A DNA stretch of 64,000 nt from Eledone cirrhosa (Eukaryota): assembly GCA_964016885.1 (NCBI GenBank), contig CAXHJY010001554.1, positions 19,898 to 83,897 on the forward strand, written 5' to 3'. A model generated the notes under the pieces. That model did no database searches, was not told the origin of the DNA, and saw nothing but the letters and a program-made list of their open reading frames with translations. Position numbers and translations under genes: made by a program. Shown here piece after piece: positions 26,979 through 41,800 of this stretch (within the stretch, counting starts at the first letter, position 1; every line of letters begins with the position of its first letter).

Positions 26979-28714
26979 TACTAGCAGCTGATCCCGGTTG
27001 CACCCGGGGCCACTTTTTATTAAGTTAATAATTTGAAAAATATTATTGAAAGTTTATTATAAAGAAGCAGTTTCAGGAAAAAAAAATAGAAATATGCACT
27101 TGGGGCTGGACGGCGTACAATAAGAAGTGAAGCGACGTGAAAAGCGTTGTTTATTAACAGCGAAATAGCAATGTCGATGATATGCAATTTGAAAAATACT
27201 ACTTACTGTTAGTGGTGGTTAACATGTATTAGAATTAAAATAAAAACACGCGTCCCTTCTTCGCAATTTAAGGGTTTAGCGATACTTGGTTTTAGTGTCC
27301 TAAATTATCATTATCGACATTCAATTATTAGCTCCACCCACTACACGATACGTCACGACACGTCATCAGCTGATGCTTGATTTTTACATGTTCATTTTCT
27401 TACATGCTACATTTTTACACGAAAAAACATTGAATTTTTAGAATAAATATTTATTAAAATATTAAGAGAAAATTAGATTTTTGATTTATTTTTTGAACAA
27501 AATAAATATTTATTTACAGTTTTTCACAGAAAAACTATGCTTCATTTTTACATGAATATTTATTTACAGGTTTTAACAGAAAAAAAAATTGCTGCGAAAT
27601 CCATTTTTTTTTAACACACGATACGTCACGAAGGTAAATGTTTCGAAAAAATGTTAAACTGTATATCGCAACAATATATTGTTTAAAGAAATTTTTTTTC
27701 TGTTGTTTAAAACTGTAAATCTGTTAAAAAAATGTATTTAACCGAAACACTATGCTTCATTTTTACATGAATATTTATTTACAGTTTTTAACAGAAAAAA
27801 ATTGCTGCGAAATACATTTTTTTTAAACAGATTTACAGTTTTTAACAACAGAAAAAAAATTTCTTTAAACAATATATTGTTGCGATATACAGTTTAACAT
27901 TTTTTCGAAACATTTTTTCGAAACATTTACCTTCGTGGCGTATCTTGTAGTGGGTGGAGCTAATAATTGAATGTCGATGATGATAATTTAGGACACTAAA
28001 ACCAAGTATCGCCAAGTATTATTTCTTTTGATGGCGGTGGATTGGCAGTATCGGTAGAAGGTCGGACGCCATGCTTTCTAGCATAGTTACGCCCCTTTAC
28101 GATTTGAGTTCAAATCCCGCCGAGGTTGACTTTGCCTTTCATCCTGACGGGGTCGATAAAATAAAGTACCAGTAATGCACTGGGTAATTGCTGGCCTTGT
28201 GCCTAAAGTAGAAACAATTATTTCTTTTGATGGAAAACAGTGACCGTACTGCAGAATTGATTTCATAAAACTTAACTGTATGATCGTTAAATGTAAAAGG
28301 ATGATAGTTTATTAACAGCGAAATAGCAATGTCGATGATATGCAAGTTTAAAAATGCATATTATGAAGGTTTGTATGATAGTTTACACTTTTTCCTGAAA
28401 CTGCTTCTTTATAATAAACTTTCAATAATATTTTTCAAATTATTGGTACTGTATGTTAACAGCGAAAGAACGTTGATGAAATTGTAAATAAGACAAAAGT
28501 ATTAGAACAGGGGGAAATAACTCACCGAACGTGATAGTTTTGGGGCTCCAGGGACCACATTTTTCAAGTTAGAGATTTGAGACCTCGTCTATTTGCTTCT
28601 TTGGCACTTTTTACATAGGTGTGTAAATTTTCATGTCAGTCCGACCACGTCTACTACCATTTAACCGTGCACATTTGAATTTCAACCACCGCTATTTCAC
28701 AAATATATATTAGA
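26979..28714 (+). mobile_element. Putative non-autonomous Helentron/HINE-like element with internal inverted duplications
   Basis: Starts TACTAGCAGCTGATCCCGG-ttgca-CCCGGG (terminal hairpin), ends aaatatatattagat; internal inverted blocks 27028-27083/28389-28444 and 27279-27359/27934-28012. Confidence 0.5.
28033..28220 (+). mobile_element. tRNA-derived SINE with target-site duplication
   Basis: GGCGGTGGATTGGCAGTATCGG (A box), GAGTTCAAATCCC (B box), core gcctttcatcct..ggggtcgataaaataaagtaccag; ATTATTTCTTTTGAT duplicated at 28018 and 28217. Confidence 0.85.
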
Positions 28715-29605
28715 TAAGCAAGTATTGCACCAAGAAAAATAAAATGTCGGATGAAGAAATTTGGAATTTATTTGCTTTGATATATAATACACACACACGT
28801 GTGTGTGTGCGTGTGTGCGTGTGCGTGTGCGTGTGCGTGTGTGTGTGCGCGCGCGCGCTTTGTTTTTGTATTTGTTTTATAAGATTTCTTATCTGAAACT
28901 ATGTGTTTAAACAGATATTGTTATACATTGGGAGGATCATGTTCCCAATAAAAACACCCGCACCAGTTGTATTCGCTTCAATTTATTATAAATCTCTGGT
29001 TGTTTGAATAACTGGAGGGTTGTTTATTTGTAATTGTCATTAATTTTAGTATCAACCTAACCGTTTAGTTTTGAGGAAACTGACGCAGATCTGACTAATG
29101 TGTTCTGCCCAGGCCACCTTGTCGCCTATTAGGTTCACTCCTACTAATATATATATTGGTCACTCTACCAATATATATATTGGTCACTCTACCAATATCT
29201 ATATTGGTCACTCTACCAATATCTATATTGGTCACTCTACCAATATCTATATTGGTCACTCTACCAATATATATATATATTGGTCACTTTACCAATATAT
29301 ATATTGGTCACTCTACCAATATATATATTGGTCACTCTACCAATATATATATTGGTCACTACCAATATATATATATTGGTCACTCCACCTACTTGTGGAT
29401 ATGGTGTGGTGTGCGGTCGCCGGAAGCTGAGGAGTGGTCGACCGGAAGAGTGCTTGACCGGAAGGGTTCTTGACCGGAAGGGTGCTCGACTGGAAGGACC
29501 AGCAGGTCGGTCGCTCTCTCTAGTAGTGGACGTCAGTTTTGTACGCACGTGGAAGACAAGAAACCAACCATGGGATCTAGCGGCGCCTGTAAAGGGCGGT
29601 AAGTG

Positions 29606-29799
29606 AGGCAGCTTCTTCTAACCACTATTTCAGCCTTTCCCAAAATGGTCTTGAGGACTGCCGCCATGATCTTCGGTGCGGAGCTCAGCCCGAAACCGAG
29701 CCTGGTCAGGCAATATGTCCGGCCCTTATACCTGACCAGCTGATACTGCCAGAGTTTCTCATCTATATGCAATTGCAAGTATGCCGACTTTAGATCTAC
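29606..29799 (-). pseudogene. LTR-retrotransposon (Gypsy/DIRS-type) RT fragment
   Basis: VDLKSAYLQLHIDEKLWQYQLVRYKGRTYCLTRLGFGLSSAPKIM matches the DL..AY.Q and L.FGL..AP RT motifs; truncated before YxDD. Confidence 0.75.
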
Positions 29800-30357
29800 G
29801 ATTGGTCACTCCACCTACTAATATATATATTGGTCACCTCACCTACTAATATATATATTGGTCTCTCCACCAATTAATGTATATACTGGTCACTCCACCT
29901 ACTAATATATTGGTCACTCCACCTACTAATATATATATTAGTCACTCCACCTACTAATATATATATTGGTCACCTCACCTACTAATATATATATTGGTCA
30001 CTTCATCTACTAATATATATACTGGTCACTCCACCTACTAATATATATACTGGTCACTCCACCTACTAATATATATATTAGTCACTCCACCTACTAATAT
30101 ATATATTGGTCACCTCACCTACTAATATATATATTGGTCACTCCACCTACTAATATATATATTGGCACTGCTACTAATATATATATTAGTCACTCCACCT
30201 ACTAATATATATATTGGTGGCCTCTCCTACTAATATATATATTTATCACCGCACGTACTAATATATATATTGGTCACTCCACCTACTAATATATATATTG
30301 GTCAGCTCACCTAATAATATATATATTGGTCACTCCACCTAATATATATATTGGTCA

Positions 30358-30676
30358 TGTAGCAGGAGTTGCCTCCCTTGTTGTGACACTCACATCACCA
30401 ATAGCTTAACGCTCTCTAGATAGGAAGTAGAACCCTTTCTGTAACTTCCGGCAGAACCCTATAAAGGGAATAACTTTAAGCTCTCTACCTCTCATTTGCC
30501 TGTTCGGCTCCTGGCCTTCGGCCAGGCGCGTTTGCCTGGAGACCAAACGGTAACTAATAATTTTGCTTCATTCTCTCATCTATTCATTGACATGTCAACT
30601 ATACTGTTCTATATATCCACAAATTGTTAATTAAATATTATACACACAAACCACGTCTCATGTTATACTTATAACA
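30358..30676 (+). mobile_element. LTR (TG...CA)
   Basis: Begins TGTAGCAGG, ends ATAACA; TATAAA near 30460; ATTAAA near 30630. Confidence 0.6.
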
Positions 30677-30686
30677 AAATACTGGG

Positions 30687-31962
30687 TTGTATAAGTATAA
30701 CATGAGACGTGGTTTGTGGATATATAGAACAGTATAGTTGACATGTCAATGAATAGATGAGAGAATGAAGCAAAGTTATTAGTTACCGTTCGGTCGCCGG
30801 GCAAATGAGAGGTAGGGAGCTTAAAGTTATTCCCTTTATAGGGTTCTGCCGGAAGTTACAGAAAGGGTTCTACTTCCTATCTAGAGAGCGTTAATATATT
30901 GGTGATGTGAGTGTCACAACAAGGGAGGCAACTCCTGCTACATTATCCCCCGCCAGATTTTTAAAATATAAAAATCGAATGAAATATGTATGTAGTAAGT
31001 TGGCGAGAATGTTGTAACAGGCATGAAAATTACGAAAAAACTAATGTTTGCAATAATCAATGATAGAGAACGACTGGACATCTCTCTATCCATCACCCAA
31101 AGATACAATGTAATCAAAGTAAGAAAAGAGCTCAAAGTTCAAATGTTCAAAATGCAGTTCACAGGTGTGCAATCACATGACAGCATGAAAGAAAGTGTGT
31201 TCCAGAGAATAAATGCAGGTGGTTTCTGTTCTGTGGTATAACGTGAAATTTCCAACCTCCGAATGGATTTTCTCACAGGAAGAGTGCTGCAAAAATAAAT
31301 TCTCTGGCTTGTTCTGCTGGTTTTGGTTGTTGATGAAGCTGTGTTGCTGTTGATGTTGTTGTCTCGCGGGGTGAGCGTATTCGATGTTTAAATTCACAGG
31401 AAAAAACTTTTTCAGAAAAAATGAGTTGCGCAAAGTGCTAGAAATAACAGACGAAGTTGATGGTCGATGTTGAGAATGCGTTGACCTGGAAGGGTCAAGA
31501 GGCCAAAGAAATGAGCATTCTGAATAAATGTGCAGTTTTCAACGGCAAATTTACGTGGTAAATTTTTAAACCGGCAAATAGGAGAATATAGCTTAAGGCT
31601 GGAGAATCCTTGGCGAGAAACGTTATCTCATGGCGTGTGGTTATCTCCGTAAGTCGAGAATTTTGCTGCCTACACGTGCCAAAACAAGGTTAAAAAAAAA
31701 ATTTCTATTGCACGAGAAAATGGCGCGAAAAAGATAGTGCAACAGGCCGTTGGCAGCCATTTTGAAAAAAATGTGTGTGTGAAAGTGACAATGATGAAAA
31801 AGAAAGAAAGTCTTGACTTAGTATAACGAATATGGCGAGTTCAATTTTATTATTTTTTTTTTTTTTTGTGTATAATATTTAATTAATAATTTGTGGATAT
31901 ATAGAACAGTATAGTTGACATGTCAATGAATAGATGAGAGAATGAAGCAAAGTTGTTGGTTA
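30687..31962 (-). mobile_element. LTR element remnant: LTR piece + poly(A), non-coding internal region, polypurine tract, 3' LTR
   Basis: 30687-30942 is the rc of the 30358 LTR and is preceded on the minus strand by GGCGGGGGATAA; 31868-31962 is a third partial copy. Confidence 0.6.
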
Positions 31963-34589
31963 CTAATATATATATTGGTCACCTCACCTACTAATATATA
32001 TATATTAGTCACTCCACTTACTAATATATATATTGGTCACTCCACCTGCTAATATATATACATTGGTAACTCCACCTACTAATATATATATTGGTCACCT
32101 CACCTACTAATATATATATTGGTCACTCCACCTACTAATATATATATTGGTCACTCCACCTACTAATATATATATTGGTTACCTCTCCTACTAATATATA
32201 TATTGGTCACTCCACCTACTGATATATATATTGGTCACTCCACCTACTAATATATATATTGGTCACCTCATCTAATATATATTTTGGTCACTCCACCTAC
32301 TAATATATATCTATATTGGTCACCTCACCTACAATATATCTATATTGGTCACTCCACCTACTAATATATATATTGGTCACTCCACCTACTAATATATATA
32401 TTGGTCACTCAACCTACTAATATATATATTAGTCACTCAACCTACTAATATATATATATTGGTTACTCAACCTACTAATATATATATTAGTCACTCCACC
32501 TACTAATATATATATTGGCACTGCTACTAATATATATATTGGTCACTCCACCTACTCATATATATATTGGTCACCTCACCTACTAATATATATATTGGTC
32601 ACTCCACCTACTAATATATATATTGGTCACTCAACCTACTAATATATATATATTGGTTACTCAACCTACTAATATATATATTAGTCACTCCACCTACTAA
32701 TATATATATTGGCACTGCTACTAATATATATATTGGTCACTCCACCTACTCATATATATATTGGTCACCTCACCTACTAATATATATATTGGTCACCTCA
32801 CCTACTAATATATATATATTAGTCACCTCACCTACTAATATATATATATATTGGTCACCTCACCTACTAATATATATATATTAGTCACCAAACCTACTAA
32901 TATATATATATTAGTCACCTCACCTACTAATATATATATATATTGGTCACCTCACCTACTAATATATATATTGGTCACTCCACCTATTAATATATATATT
33001 GGTGGCCTCTCCTACTAATATATATATTGGTCTCTCCGTCTACTAATATATATATTGGTCACCTCACCTACTAATATATATATTGGTCTCTCCACCTACT
33101 AATATATATATTGGTCACTCCACCTACTAATATATATGTATATTGGTCACTTCACGTACTAATATATATATTGGTCACCTAACCAACTAATATATATATT
33201 GGTCACCTCACCTACTAATATATAGATTGGTCACTCTACTAATATATATATTGGTCACCTCACCTACTAATATATATATATATTGGTCACCTCAACTACT
33301 AATATATATATTGGTCCCCTCACATACTAATATATATATTGGTCACCTCACCTACTAATATATATATTGGTCACTCCAACGACTAATATATATATCGGTC
33401 ACTCCACCTACTAATATATATATATTGGTCACCTCACCTACTAATATATATATATTGGTCACCTCACCTACTAATATATATATATTGGTCACCTCACCTA
33501 CTAATATATATATTGGTCACTCCACCTACTAATATATATATCGGTCACTCCACCTACTAATATATATATATTGGTCACCTCACCTACAAATATATATATT
33601 GGTCACTCCACCTACTAATATATATATCGGTCACTCCACCTACTAATATATATATATTGGTCACCTCACCTACAAATATATATATTGGTCACTCCACCTA
33701 CTAATATATATATTGGTCACTCCACCTACTAATATACATATTAGTCACCTCACCTACTAATATATATATTGGTCACCTCATCTACTAATATATATATTGG
33801 TCACCTCACCTACTAATATATATATATATTGGTCACTCTACCTACTAATATATATATTGGTCACCTCACATACTAATATAAATATTGGTCACCTCACCTA
33901 CTAATATATAGATTGGTCACTCTACTAATATATAAATTGGTCACATCACCTAATATATATATATATATTGGTCACTCTACCTACTAATATATATATTGGT
34001 CACCTCACATACTAATATAAATATTGGTCACCTCACCTACTAATATATAGATTGGTCACTCTACTAATATATATATTGGTCACCTCACCTACTAATATAT
34101 ATATATATTGGTCACCTCACCTACTAATATATATATTGGTCTCTCCACCTACTAATATATATATTGGTCACCTCACCTACTAATATATATATTGGTCACT
34201 CCACCAACTAATATATATATTAGTCACTCCACCAACTAATGTATATATTGGTCACCTCACCTACTAATGTATATATTGGTCACTCCACCTACTAATATAT
34301 ATTGGTCACTCCACCTACTAACATATATATTGGTCACCTCACCTACTAATATATATATTGGTCACCCCACCTACTAATATATATATTAGTCACCTCACCT
34401 ACTAATATATATATTGGTCATTCCACCTACTAATATATATATTGGTCATTCCACCTACTAATATATATATTGGTCACCTCACCTACTATTATATATATTG
34501 GTCACTCCACCTACTAATATATATATTGGTCACTCCACCTACTAATATATATATTGGTCACCTCACCTACTATTATATATATTAGTCAC

Positions 34590-34778
34590 GGCGGTGGATT
34601 GGCAGTATCGGTAGAGGGTCTGACGCTATGCTTTGCAGCAAAGAGTTACGCCCCTTTATGGTTTGAGTTCAAATCCCACCGAGGTTAACTTTGCCTTTCA
34701 TCCTTACGGGGTCGATAAAATAAAGTACCAGTAATGCACTGGATAATTGCTGGCCTTGTGCCAAAAGCAGAAACAATT
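34590..34778 (+). mobile_element. tRNA-derived SINE (same family as 28033) inserted in array 1
   Basis: Aligns end to end with 28033-28220; ATTATATATATTAGTCAC on both flanks. Confidence 0.88.
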
Positions 34779-35816
34779 ATATATATTAGTCACTCCACCT
34801 ACTAATATATATATATTGGTCACTCCAATTACTAATATATATATTGGTCACTCCACCTACTAATATATATATTGGTCACCTCACATACTAATATAAATAT
34901 TGGTCACTCCACCTACTAATATATATATTAGTCACTCCATTTATTAATATATATATTGGTCACTCCACCTACTAGTATATATATTGGTCACTCCACCTAC
35001 TAATATATATTAGTCACTCCACCTACTTACATATATATTGGTCACCTCACCTACTATTATATATATTAGTCCCTCCACCTACTAATTTATATATTGGTGG
35101 CCTCTACTACTAATATATATATATCGGTCACTTCACATACTGATATATATATATTGATCACTCCACCTACTAATATATATATTAGTCACCTCACCTACTA
35201 ATATATATATTTGTCACCTCACTTACTAATATATATATTAGTCCCTCCACCTACTAATATATACTGGTCACTCCACCTACTAATATATATATTGGTCACA
35301 ATACCTACTAATATATATATTAGTCCCTCCACCTACTAATATATATATATTAGTCCCTCCACCTACTAATATATATATTGATCACCTCACATATTGATAT
35401 ATATATATTGGTCACTCCACCTACTAATATATATATTGGTCACTCCACCTACTAATATAGATATTGGTCACTCCAACTACTAATGTATATATTAGTCCCA
35501 CCTACTAATATATATATTGGTCTCTCCACCTACTAATATATATATTGATCTCTCCAACTACTAATATATATATTGATCTCTCAACCTACTAATATATATA
35601 TTGATCTGTCCACCTACTAATATATATATTGTTCACTCCACCTACTAATATATATATTGGGCACTCCACCTACTAATATATATTGGTCACTCCACCTACT
35701 AATATGTATATATTGGTTACACCACCTACTAATATATATATTAGTCACTCCACCTACTAATATATATATTAGTCACTCCACCTACTAATATATATATTGG
35801 TCACACCACATACTAA

Positions 35817-38800
35817 TAAACTATGTTACTCAGGTAAACTATATTATGAGGTAAACTATATTAATGAGGTAAACTATGTTACTCAGGTAAACAATGTTAC
35901 TAAGGTAAACTATATTACTCAGGTAAACTATGTTACTGAGGTAAACTATATTACTCAGGTAAACTATGGTACTCAGCTAAACTATATTACTGAGGCAAAC
36001 TATATTACTCAGGTAAACTAGATTACTGAGGTAAATTATATTACTCAGGTAAACTATGTTACTCAGGTAAACTATGTTACTCAGGTAAACTATGTTACTC
36101 AGGTAAACTAGATTACTGAGGTAAACTATGTTACTCAGGTAAACTATGGTACTCAGCTAAACTATATTACTGAGTCAAACTATGTTACTCAAGTAAACTA
36201 TGCTACTTAGGTAAACTATATTACGGAGGTAAACTATATTACGGAGGTAAACTATATTACTGAGGTAAACTATATTACTGAGGTAAACTATATTACGGAG
36301 GTAAACTATATTACTCAGGTAAACTATATTACGGAGGTAAACTATATTACGGAGGTAAACTATATTACGGAGGTAAACTATATTACGGAGGTAAACTATA
36401 TTACGGAGGTAAACTATATTACTCAGGTAAACTATATTACTCAGGTAAACTATATTACTGAGGTAAACTATATTACGGAGGTAAACTATATTACGGAGGT
36501 AAACTATATTACGGAGGTAAACTATATTACTCAGGTAAACTATATTACTCAGGTAAACTATATTACTCAGGTAAACTATATTACACAGGTAAACTATATT
36601 ACTCAGGTAAACTATATTACTGAGGTAAACTATATTACTGAGGTAAACTATATTACTCAAGTAAATTATGTCACTCAGGTCAACTATATTACTGAGGTAA
36701 ACTATTACTCAGGCAAACTATATTACTCAGGCAAACTATATTACTCAGGTAAACTATATTACTCAGGTAAACTATATTACTGAGGTAAACTATGTTACTG
36801 AGGTAAACTATATTACTCAAGTAAATTATGTCACTCAGGTAAACTATATTACTCAGGTAAACTATATTACTCAGGTAAACTATATTACTCAGGTAAACTA
36901 TATTACTCAGGTAAACTATATTACTGAGGTAAACTATATTACTCAGGCAAACTATATTACTCAGGTAAACTATATTACTGAGGTAAACTATATTACTCAG
37001 GCAAACTATATTACTCAGGTAAACTATATTACTCAGGTAAACTATATTACTGAGGTAAACTATATTACTCAGGCAAACTATATTACTCAGGCAAACTATA
37101 TTACTCAAGTAAATTATGTCACTCAGGTCAACTATATTATTGAGGTAAACTATATTACTCAGGCAAACTATATTACTCAGGTAAACTATATTACTCAGGT
37201 AAACTATATTATTCAGGTAAATTATGTCACTCAGGGAAACTATATTACTGAGGTAAACTATATTACTCACGTAAACTATATTACTCAGGTAAACTATATT
37301 ACTCAGGTAAGTTATGTCACTCAGGGAAACTATATTACTGGAATAAACTATATTACTGAGGTAAAATATATTACTGAGGTAAACTATATTACTGAGGTAA
37401 ACTCTATTACTCAGTTAAAGTATGTTACTCAGGTAAACTCTATTACTCAGGTAAACTATGTTACTCAGCTAAACTTTGTTACTAAGGTAAACAATGTTAC
37501 TCAGGTAACTATATTACTCCCCTAAATTATATTGCACAGGTAAATTATATTACTGAGGTAAAGTATGTTACTGAGGTAAACTGTATTACACAGGTAAACT
37601 ATATCACTCAGGTAAACTATATTACTGAGTTAAACTATGTCACTCAGGTAAACTATATTACTGGCGTAAACTATATTACTCAGGTAAACTATATTACTCA
37701 GGTAAACTATATTACACAGGTAAACTATGTTACTCAGGTAAACTATATTACTCAGGTAAACTATATTACTCAGGTAAACTATATTACTCAGGTAAACTAT
37801 GTCACTCAGGTAAACTATATTACTGAGGTAAACTATATTACTGAGGTACACTATATTACTGAGGTAAACATTATTTCTCACGTATACTATGTTGCTCCGG
37901 TAAACTATACTCAGGTAAACTATATTACTCAGGTAAACTATATTACTGAGCTAAACTATATTGCTCAGGTAAACTATATTACTCAGGCAAACAATATTAC
38001 TCAGGTAAAGTAGATTACTGAGGTACACTATATTACTGAGGTAAACTAGATTACTGAGGTACACTATATTACTGAGGTAAATCATATTACTCAGGTAAAC
38101 TATATTACTCAGGTAAACTATATTACTCAGGTAAACTATGTTAATCAGGTAACTTTGTTACTCAGGTAAACTTTGTTACTCAGGTAAACTATGTTACTGA
38201 GGTAACTATATTACTCAGGTAAATTATATTACTCAGGTAAACTGTAACAGGTAAACTATATTACTGAGGTAAACTGTTACTCAGGTAAACTATATTACTC
38301 AGTTAAACTATATTACTCAGGTAATTATATTACACAGGTAAATTATATTACTGAGGTGAAGTATGTTACTGAGGTAAAATATGTTACTGAGGTAAACTAT
38401 ATTACACAGGTAAACTATATTACTCAGGTAAACTATATTACTGAGTCAAACTATGTTACTCAGGTAAACTATGCAACTGAGGTAAACTTTATTACACAGG
38501 TAAACTATATTACTGAGGTAAACTATATTACTGAGGTAAACTATATTACTCAGTTAAACAATATTACTCAGTTAAACTATATTACTCAGTTAAACTATAT
38601 TACTCAGGTAAACTATATTACTGAGGTAAACTATATTACTGAGGTAAACTATATTACTCAGGGAAACTATATTACTGGAGTAAACTATATTACTCGGGTA
38701 AACTATATTACTCAGGTAAATTATGTCACTCACGGAAACTATATTACTGAGGTAAACTATTACTCAGGTAAACTATATTACTCAGTTAAAGTGTGTTACT

Positions 38801-41800
38801 GAGGTAAACTATATTACTGGGGTAAACTATATTACTCAGCTAAACTTTGTTACTCAGGTAAACAATGTTACTTAGGTAACTATATTACTGGCGTAAACTA
38901 TATTACACAGTTAAACTATATTACTCAGGTAAACTATACTCAGGTAAACTATATTACTCAGGTAAACTATATTACTCAGGTAAACTATATTACTCGGGTA
39001 AACTATATTACACAGGTGTACTATATTACTGAGGTAAACATTATTTCTCACGTTTACTATGTTGCTCGGGTAAACTATATTACTCAGGTAAACTATATTA
39101 CTCAGGGAAACTATATGACTGAGGTAAACGATATTACTCAGGTAAACTATATTACTCAGGTAAACTATGTTACTGAGGTAAACTATATTACTGAGGTACA
39201 CTATATTACTGAGGTAAACTATATTACTGAGGTAAACTATATTACTGAGGTAAACTATATTACTCAGGTAAACTATATTACTCAGATAAACTATGTTACT
39301 GAGATAAACTATATTACTCAGGTAAATTATGGTACTCAGCTAAACTATATTACTTAGGCAAACTATATTACTGAGGTAAACTATATTACTGAGGTAAACT
39401 ATATTACTGAGGTAAACTATATTACACAGGTAAACTATATTACACAGGTAAACTATATTACTGAGGTAAACTATATTACTGAGGTAAACTATATTACTGA
39501 GGTAAACTATATTACTGAGGTAAACTATGTTAATCAGGTAAACTATGTTAATCAGGTAAACTCTGTTACTCAGGTAAACTTTGTTACTCAGGTAAACTTT
39601 GTTACTCAGGTAAACTTTGTTACTCAGGTAAACTTTTTTACTCAGGTAAACTTTTTTACTCATTAAACTTTGTTACTCAGGTAAACTTTGTTACTCAGGT
39701 AAACTATGTTACTGAGGTAACTATATTACTCAGGTAATTATATTACACAGGTAAATTATATTACTGAGGTGAAGCATGTTACTGAGGTAAAATATGTTAC
39801 TGAGGTAAACTATATTACTGGCGTAAACTATATTACTCAGTTAAACTATATTACTCAGTTAAACTATATTACTCAGTTAAACTATATTACTGAGGTAAAC
39901 TATATTACTCAGTTAAACTATATAATTGAGGTAAACTATGTTACTCAGGTAAACTATATTACTGAGGTAAACTATATTACTCGGGTAAACTATATTACTC
40001 GGGTAAATTATGTCACTCAGGTCAACTATATTACTGAGGTCAACTATATTACTCAGTTAAAGTATGTTACTCGGGTAAACTATATTACTGAGGTAACCTA
40101 TATTACTCATGTAAACTATGTTACTCAGCTAAACTTTGTTACTCAGGTAAACAATGTTACTGAGGTAACTATATTACTCAGGTAAATTATATTACACAGG
40201 TAAATTATATTACTGAGGTAAAGTATGTTACTGAGGTAAACTGTATTACACAGTTAAACTATATCACTCAGGTAAACTATATTACACACGTATACTATAT
40301 TACTGAGGTAAACATTATTTCTCACGTAAACTATGTTGCTCGGGTAAACTATATTACTCAGGTAAACTATATTACTCAGGCAAACTATATTACTCAGGCA
40401 AAGTATATTACTCAGGCAAAGTATATTACTCAGGTAAACTATATTACTCAGGTAAACTATATTACTGGGGTAAACTATGTTACTCAGCTAAACTATATTA
40501 CTCAGGTAAACTATGTTACTCAGCTAAACTGTTACTCAGGTAAACTATATTACTCAGGTAAACTATATTAATCAGGTAAACTATATTACTCAGGTAAACT
40601 ATATTACTGTGGTAAACTATATTACTGAGGTAAACTATATTACTGAGGTAAACTATATTACTGAGGTAAACTATGTTACTCAGCTAAACTATATTACTCA
40701 GGTGAACTATGTTACTCAGGTAAACTGTTACTCAGGTAAACTATATTACTGAGGTAAACTATGTTACTCAGGTAAACTATATTCTCAGGTAAACTATATT
40801 ACTGATGTAAAGCATATTACTGAGGTAAACTATATTACTCAGGTAAACCATATTACTGAGGTAAAATATATTACTGAGGTAAAATATATTACTGAGGTAA
40901 ACTATATTACTCAGGTAAACTATATTACTCAGGTAAACTATGTTACTGAGGTAAACTATGTTACTGAGGTAAACTAAGTTACTCAGGTAAACTATGTAAC
41001 TCAGGTAAACTATGTTACTCAGGTAAACTATAGTACTCAGGTAAACTATATTAGCGAGTCAAACTATATTACTCAGGTAAACTAGAATACTCAGGTAAAC
41101 TATGTTACTGAGGTAAACTATATTACTCAGGTAAATTATATTACACAGGTAAATTATATTACTGAGGTAAAGTATGTTACTGAGGTAAAATATGTTACTG
41201 AGGTAAAATATGTTACTGAGGTAAACTATATTACAGAGGTAAACTATATTACTCAGGTAAACTATATTACTCAGGTAAACTATATTACTGAGTCAAACTA
41301 TATTACTGAGTCAAATTATGTTACTCAGGTAAACTATGCTACTGAGGTAAACTATATTACTGGCGTAAACTATATTACTCAGGTAAACTATATTACTCAA
41401 ACTATATTACTGAGGTAAACTGTATTACTCAGTTAAACTATATTACTGAGGTAAACTATGTTAATCAGGTAAACAATGTTAATCAGGTAAACAATGTTAA
41501 TCAGGTAAACAATGTTAATCAGGTAAACAATGTTAATCAGGTAAACTATATTACTCAGGTAAACTATATTACTGGGGTAAACTATATTACTCAGTTAAAC
41601 TATATTACCCAGTTAAACTATATTACCCAGTTAAACTATATTACACAGGTAAACTATGTTACTCAGGTAAACTATATTACTCAGGTAAACTATATTACTC
41701 AGGTAAACTATATTACTCAGGTAAATTATATTACTCAGGTAAATTATATTACTCAGGTAAACTATATTCTCAGGAAAACTATATTACTCAGGTAAACTAT

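Larger units (their letters stand above)
29135..35816. repeat. Minisatellite array 1, 28-bp unit GGTCACTCCACCTACTAATATATATATT (24-32 bp variants)
   Basis: Periodicity read directly (ggtcact at 32121 and 32149); interrupted at 29393-29800, 30358-31962 and 34590-34778. Confidence 0.97.

Noticed and set aside
28033-28125. tRNA genes at 26520-26595, 28033 and 34590
   Set aside because: A and B boxes are present but there is no full cloverleaf, and they continue into SINE bodies with tails or TSDs.
30938-31433. Short ORFs in the LTR internal region
   Set aside because: No gag, pol or env motifs recognised.
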